From: Octopus vulgaris
Lineage: Eukaryota
NCBI GenBank assembly: GCA_951406725.2
Contig: OX597816.1
Location: 165,912,001-165,976,000, forward strand
Reading direction: 5' to 3'
DNA length: 64,000 bases
The notes beneath the pieces are model-generated. The model was not told the DNA's origin. It made no database searches and saw only the letters and a program-made list of their open reading frames with translations. A program made the translations under genes and the position numbers. Shown one piece after another: positions 25,040 to 35,915 of the stretch; within the stretch, counting starts at the first letter, position 1; each line of letters starts with the position of its first letter.

Positions 25040-28000
25040 TCACTGGAATACTTCTGTATATACGATGTTCCTAGCTGTCCGTTTGGGCGAAAACATGAAA
25101 ACATCATTGCGCCTCCCAACGCGTGAACAGCCCACGTAGAGTTGACCGTGGGCGAAGCACTGTTCGCCCAAATGTAACCCAGCGACTTGTAGCGTTTGGC
25201 CTTGGGATTTATTGATGGACATTGCGAAGCAGAGTTTAACAGGAAACTGAGAACGCCTGAAGTGGATTGGTAGGTCAGCGCCCGACGGTTGAAGGTGCAT
25301 CCGTGGAATGAAGACGTCCTCTCCCTTCCCACAACCGGTAAGTATTGTGGCCGTTATTAAATGTGGTGCCAAATGTTTCACAACCAAACGTGTGCCGTTG
25401 CACTGTTTAGGTGGAACCAAATTCCTGATGAGCATAATGGGCGCACCGACTTTTAACTTCAGGATGTGTGGTGGCAGGCCTGGCGGTTCAAGTGAATTTA
25501 GGAATTCAACAGGATAATCGGCAAGCTGGGCGGGGTCTGCTGTCCTATCTATAGATTTGTAGACGTGGACATCACCAGGAATAGCTTCAAGTAGCTGGAT
25601 ATTGATGGAGTTGACGGTTGTATTTTTGGGTGCGAGAATAGCTCTGCCTGCCAGCCATTTTAGGTCGCGTAAATTGTTTTGCAGGTCGTGGAAGACAGCG
25701 TCCCGGAGGATAGCAGGGGTGTCGACAATGGTGCAAAGTGAGTCCAATTGAACGTAGCCATCCGCATCAGACAGCATCCTATTTTCACCGAGCGATAAGA
25801 GGTCCCTGGAGAATGCAGCGGATCCGCTGTCACCAATTAACTGCGCGCACATGTTAGCTTGGAGGTGCAAGGGCCGCACATGTGCCCAAAGAGCTGACGA
25901 CTTAAGGCACGCGCGCACGGCATCGGCACGGGTTCCTTTTGGAATAACAGGTAGAGTCTGCCTGAAGTCTCCTGAAAGAAGTAAAGTTAATCCTCCCATG
26001 GGGGCCGTAGAGTCTCTGATGTCTTGCAGGGACCTGTCCAGTGCCTCAAGGGCGCCTTTGTGTGCCATAGTGCACTCGTCCCATACGATGAGTTTGCATC
26101 TGCGCAGAATGTCGGCCTGTTCTGAGTTCTTGGCGATGTTGCAGATAGGTGACTCGGACTTTGCCAGATCGAGCGGGAGTCTGAAGGCAGAGTGGGCGGT
26201 TCTGCCACCCGGAAGCAACGTGGCCGCGATACCAGAGGAAGCTACAGCCAGGGCAATGTCCGTGTTGTGTCTGACCTCTGCCAGAATTAGTTTAGTGACG
26301 AAGGTTTTGCCAGTGCCGCCGGGTGCATCAAGGAAGAAAATCCCCCCACGTTGCTGTCTGACAGAGTCTACGATGGTGTTGTAGGCTATGCGCTGGTCTG
26401 GAAGCAGCCGTGGTTCATTATCTTGGACGTAATGGTGCAGTTCCTCAATGCAGTAGGAAGTTTCGCGTAACAATTCAACAGACATAACATTGGCGTGTTC
26501 ACGTGTGGGTGGTGGAAGGCCGTACTCTGTTAAAGCAGACCCACCCATATCGATGACAGCGTCTTCGAGTTGAATGAGCGCAAAATTGTAAATGAAGTTG
26601 GTGAACGTGATCTCGGCGGAAGGGCAGTGTTGCTGAGCCGTACGTAAGAAGTCGTGCGACATGTCATCCCTGTATTTCATCCAGAGACTTAGTGGATCAC
26701 TAAGCTGACATTTTTGAAGAAGGATTGCGAAAAGATGTCGTAGGGCCGAATGCGTTTGCAGTAAAGCACCCTCTGCCATCATGGCGTCCCACTGGGAGTC
26801 ATCCTCTAGAAGGCCAAGTCTCATACATGCTTCCCTGAAGGTGTCGCACAGAACCCCATTGACGGTACGTATATTGGCGAAACCTGTTGGACCAGTGACC
26901 TCATGTAGAAGGAGACGGAGGTAGAAGCATTCTTGTTGGTTTGGCGGGATGTTGTAAACTCGACCCAGGCAGGAGTCAAACTTGACGCCTGGGAAGCTTT
27001 CGACGTTTTTGCCGGATTTCCGTCGAACCCAGGTGTTTTTAGACCACACGAAGTACGATGGGACCTGTGGGTACAAAAGCGTTCGAGCGAAGTCATCACG
27101 TTGGCATAATTTGAAGAAACCAGTCAACGTTGTGTCTTTAGGGCTGGTGGCTATCTGCACAGCACTTTGCTCTGTGAAGTAAATCCGCTGTCCATTTTCC
27201 AAGTGTACAGCAAGCTGCACCACAGCCGGGTGTCTCTGATGGAGCGGGAAGCCGTAAATGCGCCAAAACGCTTCGTTGCTGCTGAGGTACCGGCCAGCCA
27301 AGTAGTTGGACACTTCGTCGCGACTGGTGGTCCTCTGGATGCTGAACATGGCAGCATCGCTGCCTTTGTTGATATATTTGCAGACATATTGTATTGACCT
27401 GATGGAACTGCAGAACTCAACGTTGACGTGGGCTTTGAATATCTTCGACAGGAGAGGACAGTAGGGGACAATGTAGCTGTTGTCCACTTGATGTCGCCCA
27501 ACCGTAATCGTGCGGCCTCCATTGGCTGGACTCCTTCGTTTGTACAGCGGATACCCATCGCCGCCTGTTTGAGTCTCCAAAGTGAACCGTTTAGGGAATC
27601 CCTTTGAGCAGGCTAATCCGTTTTTGTAGCATGGTGTGTTGGCGTAATTTGGTCCACAGGGCCCGTGTACCATGGTAGTGCGGACAATTTCGTAGAGTCC
27701 GGGGTCCTCATCGGGGTCAGGAATCTCGGCGGAAATGAATTTGTCAATGTCATTAGTCTCGATTTTATGAGTGAGCCAAATTAAGATGTGAGCATGTGGC
27801 AAGCCCCTCTTTTGCCACTCGACCGAAAACATGTGGCACCTGACATGCCCGAAAATCTGACCCTTAACTATCAAATCCTTCATTTTGCCCAAATTCAGAC
27901 GGAAAACCCAAGCAACGATGTCGTGTCGATGGGTGTGAGATTGACCCGGGAGGCGTTCGTGAGTGATTTCGTCGCAGCTGGGATTGCACGTGTAGGTGAT

Positions 28001-29647
28001 AAAGAGGTCCGGCCGGCCGTAAATGCGCACGTAGGTCAAGGCGTCTTGGGTCCTTTCACGCATATATCGCGGTCCTCCCGTGAAGGTGGAGGGTAGAATG
28101 CATGGCTTGCCGATGTTGCGAGGGTCATTTTCTTGTTGCAAACCGTCACGGAGATGAATGTAGGAGTCGGAGCGAAGTTTGGTCTGATTAAGTTTAATGT
28201 ATAGCAGCCTTTCCGATTCCATTTTTGCGACCATGTCGACGGCGAACTGGTTGAATAGCTGACGACAACGGGGCAATAAGTTGAACTCACCCTCCCTGAC
28301 CATGAACCGGTATGAGTAGAACGCCCTGTAGGAAACCGTCTTTGATGCCGCAGTAGTTTGATTGAAGGGCTGCCGTAAAGGAATTCCGAAGTGGTAGCCG
28401 TCTTCCCCATAAGGGAAAAGCAATGGATACTGAAGCGCGTCATAAGATCTGTGAGTCTCGCTGATCCTGTGTAGGTTGTTACCACGGGAGGAGATGATTA
28501 TGTCACGGCTGTTGTGTTGCTCTCCGTGTATGACTGCGGCAATTTCGTTGCACGCAGGTGCGTTGAAACGGCGTTCGTGCTCCCCGTGGGGTCGTTTATC
28601 AGCATCAATGACAACGGTGAAGTTTGGAGATGGAGCACTGTCCAAGGCATATCTGAAGCTGCAGACGTAGCTGTTGATATCATGAAGCATGGTTTGGAGA
28701 CGGAGAAGAATGTCTTTGCGGGGAACATAGCTTGTACCCGGTATTATTCCAAGGCGTGCATCAACCTGGTGGTTGTAGTCGGCAATGAAGTATATTTGGA
28801 GGAAAGAAGACTGCTGAATCTCGTCTGGCAGAAGTGACCCAATAAGATGGTAGACCTGTCCCTGCACTTTGAAAGTAGGCATCCAGCCTTCTCTGGGAGG
28901 AATTTTGGCCCCGAAAGAGGTCATTTGGAATGAGCAGTTGTACTTTCGAATTATTTCAAGGAATTGTGACGAATCGGGGGTTAAACCCGCCGCGAGATCC
29001 TTCAGTGGTTGAGGTGGTTCCCGTAGGGGTGGCAGGTCCACTTTGCCACCAGAGCAGCACAAACCAGGTGGCTCTCCGGGCCATTTCTTGGCTTTGCAAA
29101 ACTGGCATACAATTGTCATTGACCCTATCTTGATGTCGTCACGCAAGGAGAAGTTAATTGTGGCGTCGTAGTTGAATGCTAGTGACAACCAGAAAGCGGG
29201 GGCAGGGGTACGTACACCACGAATGATATCCCGACGTTTGTTGATACTCTCAAGTCGAGTGCACCGTGCCTCAGCAGATTCAGATGCACGTGCGACAGCG
29301 GTAGCAGTGGCATCCCTTGAAAGCCTTTCAGCTCTCGCCTCAGCACCCTCTGAAGCCCTAGCAGAAGCAGTGCTAATGGCATGTCTGGATGTCCGAATAG
29401 TCCGTTGGTGTGGAGTTTCGGCAGATCGAGCCCTGGCTGTTTGCGGCGTTAGCAGCTTGGCGAGCTCTCCTCTGTTGAGGTGTTTTGGCAGCTTTGGCCA
29501 TGGCTTTGTTTGCGGCGTCAGCACATTGGCGAGTTCTCCTCTGCTGTGAGGTTTCGACAGATCGTGTCCTGGCGGTGCTAGTGGCGTTAGCCGCATTCCG
29601 AATGGCCCTTTGTTCGGGGTTCTCGCGAGCTCTGCGGATGGAAGCAC
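25040..29647 (-). CDS. Helitron RepHel transposase (HUH Rep + PIF1-like SF1 helicase)
   Basis: 1535-codon open frame. N-terminal Cys motif CQFC...CCSGG. Rep motifs PDLFITYTCNP, VEWQKRGLPHAHILIW (HUH) and YVCKYINKG (Y2). Helicase motifs DAPGGTGKT, WDECTM, GDFRQ, MSINKSQGQT and HGQLYVGCSRV. The track start is a GTG; the true start is probably 29909 in another frame. Confidence 0.96.
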   Translation of the reverse strand: MLPSAELARTPNKGPFGMRLTPLAPPGHDLSKPHSRGELANVLTPQTKPWPKLPKHLNRGELAKLLTPQTARARSAETPHQRTIRTSRHAISTASARASEGAEARAERLSRDATATAVARASESAEARCTRLESINKRRDIIRGVRTPAPAFWLSLAFNYDATINFSLRDDIKIGSMTIVCQFCKAKKWPGEPPGLCCSGGKVDLPPLREPPQPLKDLAAGLTPDSSQFLEIIRKYNCSFQMTSFGAKIPPREGWMPTFKVQGQVYHLIGSLLPDEIQQSSFLQIYFIADYNHQVDARLGIIPGTSYVPRKDILLRLQTMLHDINSYVCSFRYALDSAPSPNFTVVIDADKRPHGEHERRFNAPACNEIAAVIHGEQHNSRDIIISSRGNNLHRISETHRSYDALQYPLLFPYGEDGYHFGIPLRQPFNQTTAASKTVSYRAFYSYRFMVREGEFNLLPRCRQLFNQFAVDMVAKMESERLLYIKLNQTKLRSDSYIHLRDGLQQENDPRNIGKPCILPSTFTGGPRYMRERTQDALTYVRIYGRPDLFITYTCNPSCDEITHERLPGQSHTHRHDIVAWVFRLNLGKMKDLIVKGQIFGHVRCHMFSVEWQKRGLPHAHILIWLTHKIETNDIDKFISAEIPDPDEDPGLYEIVRTTMVHGPCGPNYANTPCYKNGLACSKGFPKRFTLETQTGGDGYPLYKRRSPANGGRTITVGRHQVDNSYIVPYCPLLSKIFKAHVNVEFCSSIRSIQYVCKYINKGSDAAMFSIQRTTSRDEVSNYLAGRYLSSNEAFWRIYGFPLHQRHPAVVQLAVHLENGQRIYFTEQSAVQIATSPKDTTLTGFFKLCQRDDFARTLLYPQVPSYFVWSKNTWVRRKSGKNVESFPGVKFDSCLGRVYNIPPNQQECFYLRLLLHEVTGPTGFANIRTVNGVLCDTFREACMRLGLLEDDSQWDAMMAEGALLQTHSALRHLFAILLQKCQLSDPLSLWMKYRDDMSHDFLRTAQQHCPSAEITFTNFIYNFALIQLEDAVIDMGGSALTEYGLPPPTREHANVMSVELLRETSYCIEELHHYVQDNEPRLLPDQRIAYNTIVDSVRQQRGGIFFLDAPGGTGKTFVTKLILAEVRHNTDIALAVASSGIAATLLPGGRTAHSAFRLPLDLAKSESPICNIAKNSEQADILRRCKLIVWDECTMAHKGALEALDRSLQDIRDSTAPMGGLTLLLSGDFRQTLPVIPKGTRADAVRACLKSSALWAHVRPLHLQANMCAQLIGDSGSAAFSRDLLSLGENRMLSDADGYVQLDSLCTIVDTPAILRDAVFHDLQNNLRDLKWLAGRAILAPKNTTVNSINIQLLEAIPGDVHVYKSIDRTADPAQLADYPVEFLNSLEPPGLPPHILKLKVGAPIMLIRNLVPPKQCNGTRLVVKHLAPHLITATILTGCGKGEDVFIPRMHLQPSGADLPIHFRRSQFPVKLCFAMSINKSQGQTLQVAGLHLGEQCFAHGQLYVGCSRVGRRNDVFMFSPKRTARNIVYTEVFQ

Positions 29648-29909
29648 AGTAAGAAGCCCGCATGTTTTGGCTGGACTGTTGCTCTTTCGTCAACCTCGAG
29701 CGGAGGGAAGATCTGTACGCTGCGACCCTTGCAAGTCGGGTAGAACGATCGCTAGTAGTTTCAGATGCCTGAGCAGCGGCATAACGGGAAGCTGTTTGCG
29801 AGAGGCGCAAGGCGGTTTCCTCGTGGGTCTCGCGTGCCCTTCTAGCCCTAGCAGCCGATGCCTTGGCCGTCCGAGGGCTGAGGAGGGTCCTTCTCTTCTT
29901 GGGTGGCAT
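29438..29909 (-). pseudogene. Frameshifted N-terminus of RepHel (MPPKKRR, NLS-like, plus ~23-aa Ala/Arg repeats)
   Basis: The ATG at 29909 gives MPPKKRR followed by E(T/S)xxxRxxR-type repeats. These continue in the main frame after about 29438. Comparison with the neighbouring repeat indicates a 2-bp deletion. Confidence 0.82.
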
Positions 29910-31985
29910 TTTGGTGGATAGCAATGTGTTTGGCAAAGGTGTAATAAAAAGGAACACGTGGGGTAAGTATTTTGGTGGATAGCAATGTGTTTGGTAAAGG
30001 TGTAATAAAAAGGAGCTCGTGGGGTAAGTATCCGAAAATGTATAAAAATGTACAAAAACGGCCAAAAAGCTGGCAGCAATGTGAGTGACAACAACGAAAA
30101 AGTCAAAAGTGATCAAACTGAACAAACGAAAGGAAAAGTTTTTTGATGCACACGACAAAAGTGGTTTATAATAAACCAAGAGTTTGCAAGTAGCGTCCGA
30201 GGACCGTTAGGGTACGTCAAAAATTGAAGGTAAAACGTTTGGGGTGGTAGTTATAAAGAAAGTTTAAACAAAAAAAGTATTCGAATAACTTGCGGCTGCA
30301 GCAGCTATTAGCAGAAGTGGCGGTGTTGGGGGTAAAGTCTCGAATGTAATTTCTTCCTGGTAGGAATTGGTTGGATCGAATTATCAATAGCTAAAAAGGT
30401 CAAGTTGCGTCCCCTAGACAGTCTGGTTTGTGTTTAATACACAAATTTGTTTGCTATGTGTGCCACATATGATTAAATTAACCGATTTTTTCCAATAATG
30501 TATCCTATTGGAATAAAAAGGGCTATATAGCTCCTTGGAGCAGACATGATGCTCGTTGTGAAAAAAAAAAGATTCCTGCCAATTTGTGAAAGATATTGTC
30601 GAAAATATGTCATCTTGAATTTGAACGCGATTTCCCAAAATGGCATGATTTTATCGATTGTTTCTGATGGTAAGGTATTGCATGGAAAACTAAAGTCAGA
30701 ATTGAGTTTCTTAGGGTAACATTAAGCTTCACCATGAGTTTGGTGAAAATCGATTGCAAGTCGTGAAAACTACCATAGATAATGCGTTGCATAAAAAAAG
30801 CTTAGATTCTCGAGTTGCGTCCCCTAGACAGTCTGTGGTTCATGTTTATGATTCTCGACCCCATGTCGAATTTATCAATTTTTTTCAGAACTGGAGGAAC
30901 TTTTCAAAATTTTCGCTGCGTTAGTTTTGAATTATGACATTGGGCTATGTGTGTGTCAAGTTTCATCAGAATCGGTTGAAAGCCGTGGTCAGGGTGAGGG
31001 TACGAGAAAACAGACACACAGAAGCACGCACAGACAAACTGCCGTTTATATATAGAGAGATATATACGACGGGCTTCTTTCAGTTTCCATCTACTAAATC
31101 CACTCACAAGGCTTTGATCTGCCCGAGGCTATAGTAAAAGACACTTGCCCAAGGTGCCACGCAGTAGGAATGAACCTGGAACCATGTGGTTGGTAAGCAA
31201 GCTACTTACCACACAGTCAAAGAAACAATGTAGTCATCAATAAAAAGAGCTGAAATTAATGCATGCAAAGTTCCACAACACTAGCATCACTCCTTCATTT
31301 CCAGTCGACCCACCCTCGTAAGCCATATCGTCTGTCCCCTTTTTCATTGACTGTCCCCTGATCGCACAATCCCTTCATACTGATTGATTTCGTCTTAATG
31401 GCTTACTCTTTACACTTTACTCTTTTTACTTGTTTCAGTCATTCGACTGCGGCCATGCTGGAGCACCGCATTTAGTCGAGCAAATCGACCCCAGGACTTA
31501 TTCTTTGTCAGCCTAGTACTTATTCTATCGGTTTCTTTTGCCGAACCGCTAAGTGTCGGGGACGTAAACACACCAGCATCGGTTGTTAAACAATGCTAGG
31601 GGGACAAACACAGACGCACAAACATATACACACACATACATATATATATATATATACATATATACGACGGGCTTCTTTCAGTTTCCGTCTATCAAATCCA
31701 CTTACAAGGCATTGGTCGGCACAGGTCTATAGCAGAAGACACTTGCCCAAGATGCCACGCAGTGGGACTGAACCCAGACCATGTGGCTGGTAAGCAATCT
31801 ACTTACCACACAGCCACTCCTGCGCCTATGTTATTATTGTTAATTATTTTTTCAGTTACCCGCTTCTAATGTCGAAGTTTGACTCCGACAGCTTCTCATT
31901 GACTCCTCTTTCAGGCGGCTCAATTTAAGTTCAAGAGATCTCTTTTCGATACTTTCAAGAATTTTCCTTCTATTTCTTTTTACTT

Positions 31986-31986
<1 letters not shown>

Positions 31987-32017
<31 letters not shown>

Positions 32018-32165
32018 TGTATGTATGTATGTATGTATGTATGTATGTATCTGTATGTATGTATGTATGTATGTGTGTATGTATGTATGTATGTATGTAT
32101 GTATGTATGTATGTATGTATGTATGTATGTATGTATGTATGTATGTATGTATGTATGTATGTGTG

Positions 32166-32197
<32 letters not shown>

Positions 32198-32356
32198 TGT
32201 ATGTGTGTGTGTATGTATGTATGTATGTATGTGTGTATGTATGTATGTATGTATGTGTGTGTGTATGTATGTATGTATGTATGTATGTGTGTGTGTATGT
32301 TTGTATGTATGTATGTATGTATATGTGTGTGTGTGTATGTATGTATGCATGCATGC

Positions 32357-32389
<33 letters not shown>

Positions 32390-32431
32390 TGTGTGTGTAT
32401 GTATGTATGTATGTGTGTATGTGTGTGTGTG

Positions 32432-32462
<31 letters not shown>

Positions 32463-32583
32463 GTGTGTGTATGTATGTGTGTATGTATGTATGTATGTAT
32501 GTATATGTGTGTGTGTGTATGTATGTATGCATGCATGCATGTATGTATGTATGTATGTATGTATGTATGTATGTATGTATGTA

Positions 32584-32614
<31 letters not shown>

Positions 32615-32769
32615 ATGTATGTGTGTGTGTGTATGTATGTATGTATGTATGTATGTATGTATGTATGTATGTATGTATGTGTGTGTGTATGTATGTATGT
32701 ATGTATGTATATGTGTGTGTGTGTATGTATGTATGCATGCATGCATGTATGTATGTATGTATGTATGTA

Positions 32770-32800
<31 letters not shown>

Positions 32801-33165
32801 GTATGTATGTATGTATGTATGTATGTATGTATGTATGTATGTATGTGTGTGTGTGTATGTATGCATGCATGCATGTATGTATGTATGTATGTATGTATGC
32901 ATATATGTATGTGTGTGTGTGTATGTATGTATGTGTGTATGTATGTATGTATGTATGTATGTATGTATGTATGTATGTATGTATGTATGTATGTGTGTGT
33001 ATGTATGTATGTATGTATGTATGTATGTATGTATGTATGTGTGTGTGTGTATGCATGCATGCATGTATGTATGTATGTATGTATGTATGTATGCATGTAT
33101 GTATGTGTGTGTGTGTATGTATGTGTGTATGTATGTATGTGTGTGTGTATGTATGTATGTATGTA

Positions 33166-33196
<31 letters not shown>

Positions 33197-33303
33197 GTGT
33201 ATGTATGTGTGTGTATGTATGTATGTGTGTGTGTATATGTATGTATGTGTGTATGTATGTATGTATGTATGTATGTGTGTGTGTGTATGTATGTATGTAT
33301 GTA

Positions 33304-33334
<31 letters not shown>

Positions 33335-33347
33335 ATGTATGTGTGTA

Positions 33348-33378
<31 letters not shown>

Positions 33379-33385
33379 ATGTATG
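31987..33385. repeat. 1.4-kb compound (TATG)n/(TG)n microsatellite
   Basis: Direct reading. It generates the spurious 350-466 aa ORFs in the track. Confidence 0.98.
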
Positions 33386-33591
33386 AGTTCTAGGTAAATT
33401 CTACCACGGAAAATTCCACCAGGTAAATTTCACCGTAGGTAAATTCCATCACGATATATTCCACCATGGTAAATTCCATCCAGACAGACTTCCAATCTAA
33501 GCTATTCCCGCTAATAATCACTATGGTCAGTTTCTCTAGACCGTGGGTCAATGCTTATGTTATTTAATCTGTCTGTCTCTCAAGTCTTAAG

Positions 33592-33725
<134 letters not shown>

Positions 33726-34152
33726 CGACGGGCTTCTTTCAGTTTCCGTCTACCAAATCTGCTCACAAGGCTTGGGTTCTGAGGCTATGGTAAAATACAC
33801 TTGTCAAAGGTGCCACGCATTGAGACTGAACCCGGAACTATTTTGTTGGGAAGTAGGCTTGTTACCACTCAGCCACGCATACGCCTATATTTTTTTGTTT
33901 TAATGCATGCATACATACATGCTACATACATGCATACATTCATACATACTTCTTTCCGTTTCCGTCTTCCAAATTCACTCACAAGACTTTAGTCGGGCCG
34001 AGGCTATAGTAAAAGACACTTGCCCAAGATGCCACGTAGTGGGACTTAACCCGGAGCCATGTGGTTGCGCCTATATTAAGAACTTTTTGTTTAAGAATAA
34101 TACGAATAAATGCATACACACACACACGTACGTACGTGTATATGTATGTATG

Positions 34153-34184
<32 letters not shown>

Positions 34185-34452
34185 TGTATGTATGTATGCA
34201 TGTATGTATGTATGTATGTATGTATATATGTATGTATGTATTATGTATGTATGTATGCAAGTATACACAATAAACATACATTGTATGGGTCAGTCCTGGT
34301 GCTAACTTTTTCATGTGAACATGGTCGTGTCACTTAGAATAAAGAGCACAAAAGGTTTGTTCTGAGATGAAATAATTTCATTAGAAACAATGAGTTTCTT
34401 TTCTTGGTAAATACTCCAGGGATTAGTCAATAATGGGAACAATTTATATATA

Positions 34453-34638
34453 TAACGAAAAACATACACAAAGAAACAACAACGCGAGGACGTGGTACAT
34501 GTAAAGTATTAGCAGACGCTCAGGGAAGGAAAGAAAGGCAGTTTAACGTTTCGAGCAAAGCTCTTTTTCAGAAACAGAGGAAAGTTCAATAGAAAAGGAA
34601 GACGGAGGAAAAATATCGCCAACGATTTACATGTGGTT
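34453..34638 (-). mobile_element. Family D hammerhead-bearing unit (motif 34541-34575)
   Basis: Reverse complement reads GUUU-CUGAAAA-A-GAGC-UUU-GCUC-GAAA-CGU-U-AAAC. Confidence 0.65.
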
Positions 34639-35518
34639 ATGTATGTATGTATGTATGTATGTATGTATGTATGTATGTATGTATGTATGTATGTATGTAT
34701 GTATGTATGAATGTATGTATGTATGTATATTTGATATCATCTGGATAATAATCTTATAAAGTGCATTTCAAAGCCCCTCTATGGTTACCGGCTACCATAT
34801 GCCATCATACATCAGGTATACTTCTTTTTACTGGATACGCATGTGGAAATGCATTAGCGCATACAGAATTCATACAAAAAATTTATAAGATGGAATGAAA
34901 AGGATTTGGATTAAAGTCCGTTTATTCTATCTTCTTGTGTAATAAATCATATATGTGCGTGTGTGTGTGTGTGTGTGCGTATGTATATGTGGAGAGAGGT
35001 GGGTAGGTTAATAGCCAAATAGATAGCGGTGGGTAGAGAAATAGACGGGATAGGTGTAGAGGCAGTGGGTATGGCTACGGTGAGGATGTGATGGTGTGTC
35101 TTTGTGCTGTGTTTGTCTCCCCAACACACCACTTGATAGCGTCTTAATTTAGCAGTTCGGCCAAAGAACCGATACTATCAGCGCCAATTCTGGAGTCTTC
35201 AAAGCGGTGCCCCATCATTGCTGCTGTTGTGCAATGACTGAAGCAAGTAGGCGATTTTAGCTTCAAATCATAGTATTTATAGATGAGTGATTACCATTCT
35301 TAAAATCTTATTAGATATCCATTACATTAGCGAACTTGGAGAATGGAATCGGATTAAAGCATGTTATAGATGATTAAATTGCAATTTGCCGACTTTAATT
35401 AGGTGCTAATTAGGCGTTTATAACTTCCATTCATTCTGCTCCTACGAAATTCAAACCACTTTAACTTAGACAGGGTTATCAAACATCTAATTTATTGGAG
35501 CTTTTTTTAAAAGAAATA

Positions 35519-35915
35519 AGGCGCAGGAGTGGCTGTGTGGTAAGTAGCTTGCTTACCAACCACATGGTTCTGGGTTCAGTCCCACTGCGGGACACCTTGG
35601 GCAAGTGTCTTCTACTATAGCCTCCGGCCGACCAATGCCTTGTGAGTGGATTTGGCAGATTGAAACTGAAAGCCCGTCGTATATATGTATATATATATGT
35701 GTGTGTGTGTGTGTGTTTGTCCCCCAACATCGCTTGACAACCGATGCTGGTGTGTTTGCGTCCTCGTAACTTAGCGGTTCGGCAAAAGTGACCGATATAG
35801 AATAAGTACTAGGCTTACAAAGAATAAGTCCTGGGGTCGATTTGCTCGACTAAAGGCGGTGCTCCAGCATGGCCGCAGTCAAATGACTGAAACAAGTAAA
35901 AGAGTAAAAGAGTGA
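35519..35915 (+). mobile_element. SINE-A, full-length representative (tRNA-like head, central TA/TG tract, AAAAGAGT tail)
   Basis: Head GGAGTGGCTGTGTGGTAAG...GGGTTCAGTCCC (A/B-box-like). Other full or partial copies lie near 70-583, 4165-4983, 5200-6912, 15981-16470, 16471-17112, 23000-23385, 31405-31828, 33725-34072, 36361-36787, 43114-43520, 45080-45580, 48985-49160, 50826-50945, 53060-53765 and 58395-58795. Confidence 0.9.

Larger units (their letters stand above)
24918..31060 (-). mobile_element. Full-length Helitron (autonomous-type rolling-circle transposon)
   Basis: The minus strand begins TCTCTCTATATATAAACGG at 31060 and ends CCCGGGCAACGCCGGG-ctatgctg-CTAG at 24918. Removing it restores the host repeat unit ATATACA|TATATACGACGGG, i.e. 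insertion between A and T with no TSD. It encodes RepHel. Confidence 0.97.

Noticed and set aside
25308-30106. Antisense and alternative-frame ORFs overlapping RepHel
   Set aside because: They are shadows of a GC-rich coding sequence with no independent motifs.
31852-33397. Long ORFs (358-466 aa) of HTYI/MYVC repeats
   Set aside because: They are translations of a stop-free microsatellite. The same applies to the many YIYI/CVCV/HTHT ORFs.
35860-35900. SINE-A tail AGTC-AAAT-GACT-GAAACAAGTA resembling a hammerhead stem II + GAAA
   Set aside because: There is no upstream CUGANGA or stem I in any copy. It is more likely a LINE-type 3' stem-loop.
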